IMG/VR virus record: IMGVR_UViG_3300009545_000018
Location: 248,001 to 312,000 of that record
Reading direction: 5' to 3' (one strand)
DNA: 64,000 nucleotides
The notes beneath the pieces are model-generated. The model had not been told where the DNA came from, did not search any database, and saw only the letters and a list, made by a program, of their open reading frames with translations. Position numbers and translations under genes: made by a program. Positions 58,717 through 64,000 of this stretch are shown piece after piece; position 1 is the first letter of the stretch, and the number at the start of each line of letters is the position of its first letter.

Positions 58717-59454
58717 ATGACAAACAAACCTCAACTTATTGTGCAAGATTTTGGTGGTATTAATAATCAAGACTTAGATGCTACAAGAGCCAGGCTAATA
58801 AAGGGTGGAAGCTGGAAAAAACAAAGAATAATTGTTATTTTACCAGCTGCTGACACTATTTCCGCTAAAGTTGCATTATCTCATTGGAATTTAGGATTTC
58901 CACCTAATAATGGGGTAGTTAGAATTTTAGCTCAAGGCATGGAAGTAGGTGATGCTTATTCAAGTGCTATTGATGGAATTTTAGCAGATCCTAATTTAAG
59001 TCAATGGGAATATATTTTAACTATTGAACATGATAATGCCCCTCCCTCTGATGGAGTAATTAAATTAATTGAACAAATGGAAACACATCCAGAATTTGCC
59101 TGTATAGGTGGATTATATTTTACCAAAGGTCCTGGAGGGGTAACTCAAATTTGGGGAGATCCAAAGGATCCAATTATTAATTTTAGACCACAGTTACCAG
59201 ATCCAAATGGAGGATTAGTAGAATGCTGTGGAACAGGAATGGGATTTAATTTATTTAGATTATCTATGTTTAAAGACGAAAAGCTTCGTCGTCCTTGGTT
59301 TAAAACCCAAACTCAAGGAGGAGTATCTACTCAAGATCTATATTTTTGGTCAGATGCTAGAAAATATGGATATAGATGTGCCATAGATTGTTCTATAAAA
59401 GTAGGTCACCATGATATGGTGGGCACATTTGGAATTCCAGATATGATGTGGTAA
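58717..59454 (+). CDS. GT-A fold glycosyltransferase (GT2-like)
   Basis: LTIEHDN, IGGLYF, GTGMGF, QDLYF, GYRCAID..KVGH. Confidence 0.8.
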   Translation: MTNKPQLIVQDFGGINNQDLDATRARLIKGGSWKKQRIIVILPAADTISAKVALSHWNLGFPPNNGVVRILAQGMEVGDAYSSAIDGILADPNLSQWEYILTIEHDNAPPSDGVIKLIEQMETHPEFACIGGLYFTKGPGGVTQIWGDPKDPIINFRPQLPDPNGGLVECCGTGMGFNLFRLSMFKDEKLRRPWFKTQTQGGVSTQDLYFWSDARKYGYRCAIDCSIKVGHHDMVGTFGIPDMMW

Positions 59455-59474
59455 TATTTATTAAGGAAAGTTAA

Positions 59475-60017
59475 ATGACAGAATTAAAATTAGATTTAGG
59501 ATGTGGTAAAAATAAACGTGGTCCTGAATGGACCGGAGTTGACTCTTTAAAATTTGATGGGGTTGATGTTGTTTGTGATTTAACTAAAAAAAATAAAAAA
59601 GGCGAATTTTTGTCCTGGCCATGGGAAGATAATATTGTAGATGAAATTCATGCTTCTCATTTCGTAGAGCATTTAGATGCCGAAGAAAGAGTTCATTTTG
59701 TAAATGAATTATATAGAATTTTAAAGCCAGGAGCCAAAGCTAGTATTATTGTTCCTCATTGGAATAGCTGTCGAGCTTATGGAGATCTTACTCACAAATG
59801 GCCACCAGTTTCAGAATTTTGGTTTTATTATTTATCTGCAGAATGGAGATCAATAAATGCTCCACATAATGTGGATTATAAATGTAATTTTCAAGCCACT
59901 TGGGGATATAGCATGAATCAGGCTTTGTTAACTAGAAATCAAGAATATCAAAATTATGCTTTATCTAATTATAAAGAGGCGGCACAAGATATTATTGCAA
60001 CTTTAATTAAGAGTTAA
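59475..60017 (+). CDS. Class I SAM-dependent methyltransferase
   Basis: LDLGCG, HASHFVEHL, ELYRILKPG. Confidence 0.9.
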   Translation: MTELKLDLGCGKNKRGPEWTGVDSLKFDGVDVVCDLTKKNKKGEFLSWPWEDNIVDEIHASHFVEHLDAEERVHFVNELYRILKPGAKASIIVPHWNSCRAYGDLTHKWPPVSEFWFYYLSAEWRSINAPHNVDYKCNFQATWGYSMNQALLTRNQEYQNYALSNYKEAAQDIIATLIKS

Positions 60018-60064
60018 ATATTTCTGTAATAATATACTGTCATATTTATTAAGGGTGTGTAAGT

Positions 60065-60925
60065 ATGAGAGCATTGGTTTTATCTGGCGGTGGCGCAAAA
60101 GGTGCTTATCAAGCTGGCGCATTAAAATATATTTTAGGTGAACAAAAAATAAAATATGACATTTTATGCGGAGTTTCGGTAGGAGCCATTAACTGTTCTT
60201 TTCTTGGCATGTTTAAACAAGGACAAGAAGAAAAGGCGGCACACGTTTTATCTGAACGATGGCTTAAATTAGATACTTCTAAAATTTATAAAAGATGGGC
60301 TCCTTTTGGGCGCTGGCATGCTTTATGGAAAAAGAGCTTTTACGATAGTACTCCTCTAAAAAATCTTATTACTAGCAATTTAGATATTACTACTTTACAA
60401 GAAAATGATAAAAAAGTGTTTGTGGGAGCTGTTTCTGTAACTTCTGGAAAATATAAAGTTTTTGATCAGTTTTCTCCAAATTTTATTGAAGCAGTTATTG
60501 CATCTGCTTCATTTCCAGGAATGTTATCTCCAATTAATTTTGGTGGAGAGTTATGGACAGATGGTGGTGTAAAAGAATTATCTCCTATTACAACAGCAAT
60601 AGAACAAGGAGCAGATATAATTGATGTAATTATTACGTCCCCTTTAAATAAAGTTAAAAAATTTGTGGAAAAACCTACCACAGTTGATATCTTAAAAAGA
60701 ATAATTGATCTTTCTACAGATAGAATTATGACAAATGATATAGAAAAGGTAAAAATTCACAATAAATTAGTTAATGCCGGGCTATCTGATAAAAAATATG
60801 TAAAATTAAACATATTAAGACCAATATATAATTTAACTGAAGATTTATTGGATTTTAATCCACAAAAATTGCAAGAAATGCATGAAAAAGGTTATGCAGA
60901 TGCTTCTTGTAATTATGCTATTTAA
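60065..60925 (+). CDS. Patatin-like phospholipase
   Basis: LSGGGAKGAYQAG, GVSVG, ASASFP, DGG. Confidence 0.93.
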   Translation: MRALVLSGGGAKGAYQAGALKYILGEQKIKYDILCGVSVGAINCSFLGMFKQGQEEKAAHVLSERWLKLDTSKIYKRWAPFGRWHALWKKSFYDSTPLKNLITSNLDITTLQENDKKVFVGAVSVTSGKYKVFDQFSPNFIEAVIASASFPGMLSPINFGGELWTDGGVKELSPITTAIEQGADIIDVIITSPLNKVKKFVEKPTTVDILKRIIDLSTDRIMTNDIEKVKIHNKLVNAGLSDKKYVKLNILRPIYNLTEDLLDFNPQKLQEMHEKGYADASCNYAI

Positions 60926-60973
60926 AATAATATAATAATGCAATATTTGTGCATAGTTTCAGGAGTTTGAGTA

Positions 60974-61315
60974 ATGACTAATAGTTTTCCTGGTATAGGT
61001 TATATAAATTATGGTAGAGATCATAACTATTTTCAAAAATTTACTGTTTCTGCTTCTACATTTGGAGGACAGTCAATAGATGGTTACCAACCTATGGGAA
61101 TAATTGATTTCAGTACTCAATATGTTATTTTTTCAGTAGAAGGTACTGCCTCAAAAGTAATTGAGGTATCATTTAATGGAAGTACTGTCCATTGTAAATT
61201 AGATGCAAGTGATTCTTCATATAAAACAATAGCTATGCCATATAGAGTTATATCCAAATTTTGGATGAGAGTTGTTGGTGGTGGATCAGCGGTTGTATCA
61301 GTTCAGGCGTGGTAA
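60974..61315 (+). CDS. Hypothetical beta-rich protein
   Basis: AGGAG RBS; IEVSFNG. Confidence 0.65.
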   Translation: MTNSFPGIGYINYGRDHNYFQKFTVSASTFGGQSIDGYQPMGIIDFSTQYVIFSVEGTASKVIEVSFNGSTVHCKLDASDSSYKTIAMPYRVISKFWMRVVGGGSAVVSVQAW

Positions 61316-61333
61316 GATATATTTAAGTGTAAG

Positions 61334-61651
61334 ATGAAATATAGTAAGCTAATTTTAGATAAGTGCGAGATTGAAGGTTGTAATGAAACCATAAATCTTC
61401 ACAAACATCATATTATTGAACGAACAGAAATTAACACAAATAATGATCCTATGAATTTAGCAATATTGTGCCCCAACCATCATGCTTATACACATTCTGG
61501 TAGGCTACGTATTATTGGAGTATTTCCATCTACAAAATTACCAAATAAAAGAACCTTGGTTTATGAATTAGATGGCAATAAAAATATTGACATTGATCAT
61601 GCATATTGTACATTTAATAATAAATCATTTAAAATTTATGGAGAAAAATAA
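61334..61651 (+). CDS. Small HNH endonuclease
   Basis: CEIEGC..HKHHI..NLAILCPNHH. Confidence 0.8.
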   Translation: MKYSKLILDKCEIEGCNETINLHKHHIIERTEINTNNDPMNLAILCPNHHAYTHSGRLRIIGVFPSTKLPNKRTLVYELDGNKNIDIDHAYCTFNNKSFKIYGEK

Positions 61652-61932
61652 TGTCAGACCTATTAATTGATGCTACCGATCCAAATAATTTAAGCGGTAA
61701 GGTTATGCCTGAATGGGAAACTAGAAAAAAAATCCTTCATCATGCTAAACAAGTTGGTTGTGAAGGTGATATGATTCAATTATTTGAAAAAATTGATAAA
61801 TTAATGAGAAATTGTACTAATGATAAAGAAAGAAAAGATATTGGTCAATATGGAAGTTATCAAGTTTGGAAATTATTGGGAGGTGGTGGAGAATTATATG
61901 TAGATGGTATATTAGTTGCAAAAGATGATTAA
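61651..61932 (+). CDS. Hypothetical protein
   Basis: GGAG RBS, in operon. Confidence 0.65.
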   Translation: MSDLLIDATDPNNLSGKVMPEWETRKKILHHAKQVGCEGDMIQLFEKIDKLMRNCTNDKERKDIGQYGSYQVWKLLGGGGELYVDGILVAKDD

Positions 61933-61975
61933 ATGAAAAGCATTTATATAATACAAAATAAGATTTGGAGAATTT

Positions 61976-62215
61976 ATGAGTAATGATAAAGAAGTATATC
62001 ATGGAGAAGTTTGCTGGTTTGATCCAAAACGAGGATTTGGATTTTTACTATGGGAAAAAGAAGGAATAAAACAAACCGATCTTTTCGTTCATTTTAGTGA
62101 TGTATCTTGCGAAGGTTATAAAACCCTTTATAAAGGACAAAAAGTTTCTTTTTCTTTAGGTCTAAATAAAATGGGATTGCCAAAAGCAACAGAAGTTCAA
62201 ATTCTTAAAAATTAA
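61976..62215 (+). CDS. Cold-shock domain protein
   Basis: GEVCWFDPKRGFGF (RNP1), DLFVHFS (RNP2), GYKTL. Confidence 0.92.
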   Translation: MSNDKEVYHGEVCWFDPKRGFGFLLWEKEGIKQTDLFVHFSDVSCEGYKTLYKGQKVSFSLGLNKMGLPKATEVQILKN

Positions 62216-62613
62216 GAACTTTTGTTAATTAAAGGTGGCAAACGATCTTGTTCGGCAATTTCTGCATTTTCATCCGCAAATTGCTCATCAGTTAAGTCTA
62301 ATTCTTCATATTTTTCTTGTTTTATTTCAAATAATGAAGTGTGTCGACTAGGAATCTTTTCATCTTTTTTAAACGTAATGGTTGTTGCTTTAATGGTTTC
62401 CGGAGCAACAGAACGAACGAATATTTTATCACGTTTTTTATAAATGGAACCACTTTGAACAGATTTTTCTATTTCTTCAATAGTATAATGATAATGTTTA
62501 TTATCTAATAAATTTATTGAACTAAAAGCCTTAATTGTTAGATTAAGATCGGCTAAACTAACATTTCTATTAGAAATATTGGTAATCCAGAATTCTTTAT
62601 TTTGTTTTTTCAT
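62212..62613 (-). CDS. Hypothetical protein
   Basis: 133-aa ORF preceded by GATATAT motif. Confidence 0.65.
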   Translation of the reverse strand: MKKQNKEFWITNISNRNVSLADLNLTIKAFSSINLLDNKHYHYTIEEIEKSVQSGSIYKKRDKIFVRSVAPETIKATTITFKKDEKIPSRHTSLFEIKQEKYEELDLTDEQFADENAEIAEQDRLPPLINKSS

Positions 62614-62664
62614 AATTAAATGTGTATATATCCAATTAATATTAGAGTATAATGTTGAGGATCC

Positions 62665-63006
62665 ATGACACAGATACTATATCACAATCCAGGGCAATCT
62701 GTAACTATCATTTTAGAAACCCATGATTCCGATGGCTATAGGCAGGATGGATATTTATTTCCAGTAGTTGACAGAATTATTTTACCAAATTTAAATTTAG
62801 CAGACGATTATCCTCAATCTATGATTCAATTAGATACAGGATTATATTATTATAAATTTACATTAGGAACTGGAGCGTCTTCTTTTGGAACTTATATTAT
62901 AGATGTAACTTATACTGATCCTGCCACCAATAATACTACTACTATAGCATATCAAGTAGTAGTTACCGCTGTTACAGGAAATTTTGGCTTTAGTTCCACA
63001 GCATGA
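62665..63006 (+). CDS. Ig-like virion protein
   Basis: TGLYYYKFTL..GTYII. Confidence 0.6.
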   Translation: MTQILYHNPGQSVTIILETHDSDGYRQDGYLFPVVDRIILPNLNLADDYPQSMIQLDTGLYYYKFTLGTGASSFGTYIIDVTYTDPATNNTTTIAYQVVVTAVTGNFGFSSTA

Positions 63007-63356
63007 ATAATATTATTTACGCAACCCCTAAACAAATTTTAACTTTGTTCTTTGAAGTGTTTAACTCAAATCAAGAGAGAACAGATGCTCCCACAGATCC
63101 ATTAATTTTAAGTATATATAATCCAAATTTTGATTTATTAGATGGTTATCCTGTTGCTATGACTAATATAGATGTAGGATTATATTCTTTTACATTTACT
63201 GTGCCACCAGGACCTTCTGCCATTGGTACCTATGTTATTAATATTATTTGGGAAGATCCTGATACTTTAAATCAAAAACAAACTTATTATCAAATTATTT
63301 GTAAATCTCCGCCAAATGCTGCCGGAGAATATAATGCTACTATTCCGCATTTATAA
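63003..63356 (+). CDS. Ig-like virion protein
   Basis: VGLYSFTFTVP..GTYVI. Confidence 0.6.
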   Translation: MNNIIYATPKQILTLFFEVFNSNQERTDAPTDPLILSIYNPNFDLLDGYPVAMTNIDVGLYSFTFTVPPGPSAIGTYVINIIWEDPDTLNQKQTYYQIICKSPPNAAGEYNATIPHL

Positions 63357-63386
63357 TCAATATTTTAATATTTAATATGAGGAACT

Positions 63387-64000
63387 ATGACAATAAAAGC
63401 GCGCGGCGAACTAATTGATGTAACAGATCAAGTTAATCTAACTGTACAATTTAAAGATGGTACAGGTGCGCCGGTAGATATGGATTCATTTCCTCAAGTC
63501 TCTATTATTCAGCCTAGTGGTTTAGTGGCTTTAGCACCAACATCAGCTGGGGTCGCGCATGTAGGTACCGGTAAATATTCTTATATTTTCACCGTTCCAA
63601 TCAATGGTCCTTATGGTGTTTTTATGGATATTTGGACGGGTTACATTAATGGATATAGGGTAGAATCTACTTTTAATTTTGTAGTAGCACATACTCAAAT
63701 GCCAGCTATAAACCAAGATGGTTATATGCATCTAGGGGATGATCCTGGCTTTAATTATTCACAAGTTGCTATCAGAAACATTAACAAACTAATTAAATCT
63801 TTAAGATCTAGATTAAATAGTGCTGGCAAGGCAAGATCTCTTGATTCATATGGAAATGTTATTTATGTAGATTGTGATATTTTTTCTGTGGATATGTTAA
63901 CTACCTTTTTAGCTACTGCTTTATGGGACTTTAATCAAGTACCGTATTTCACATTTTTTCAATTTGATGATACTGACTTTGTAGAACAATTTGGAGAGAT
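63387..64000 (+). CDS. Ig-like domain plus putative neck/adaptor domain (runs off window end; missing from ORF track)
   Basis: GAGG RBS, MTIKARGELIDVTD..TGKYSYIFTVP..ALWDFNQVP; no stop to 64000. Confidence 0.7.
   Translation, partial: MTIKARGELIDVTDQVNLTVQFKDGTGAPVDMDSFPQVSIIQPSGLVALAPTSAGVAHVGTGKYSYIFTVPINGPYGVFMDIWTGYINGYRVESTFNFVVAHTQMPAINQDGYMHLGDDPGFNYSQVAIRNINKLIKSLRSRLNSAGKARSLDSYGNVIYVDCDIFSVDMLTTFLATALWDFNQVPYFTFFQFDDTDFVEQFGE

Larger units (their letters stand above)
1..64000. other. Segment of a large/jumbo tailed phage genome (Caudoviricetes)
   Basis: Terminase, portal, prohead protease, capsid and fibre genes together with phage-type DnaE/RecA/gp32/primase; no host housekeeping operons, rRNA or integrase seen. 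Confidence 0.93.

Noticed and set aside
60065-60925. Patatin as CBASS CapV effector
   Set aside because: No CD-NTase nearby; both NTases in the window are class II CCA-family and distant
246-63731. Short antisense or alternate-frame ORFs in the track (e.g. 17629-17979, 34502-34834, 34744-34998, 50231-50506, 57931-58311)
   Set aside because: Shadows of long genes with biased composition; no RBS or motifs
1-64000. Alternative genetic code (stop recoding, seen in some large phages)
   Set aside because: Code 11 gives full-length genes; TGA (e.g. 10293) and TAG (45450, minus strand) end genes normally

Overview
AT-rich, gene-dense segment of a large (jumbo-type) tailed dsDNA phage genome, standard genetic code, mostly + strand. 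1-12 kb is a replication/recombination block: C-terminal part of DnaE, RecA, gp32-like SSB, RuvC-like resolvase, DnaJ, primase core, sigma-region-4 protein and HNH. 12-45.4 kb is an unusually long head-morphogenesis block: GpA-type terminase, portal, HK97/assemblin-type protease fused to a scaffold, two decoration-like proteins and the major capsid protein. About 25 uncharacterised proteins and three enzymes (divergent class II nucleotidyltransferase, SLT transglycosylase, CX5R phosphatase) are interleaved with these. 45.4-64 kb holds a LAGLIDADG endonuclease, a CCA-adding enzyme, two giant repeat fibre proteins, a GH140-like hydrolase, glycosyl- and methyltransferases, patatin, a cold-shock protein and Ig-like neck proteins. 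The strongest unexplained signal is a shared peptide vocabulary across the head-block proteins: hydrophobic-x-K-x-A(/G) sites, an AHP module, a helical-hairpin module and LEV, DxN and MPQVG motifs. I infer a protease-processed inner-head cargo/ejection system with Ala-P1 specificity. Two promoter-like motif classes are also visible. All family assignments come from motif recognition by eye; no searches were run.
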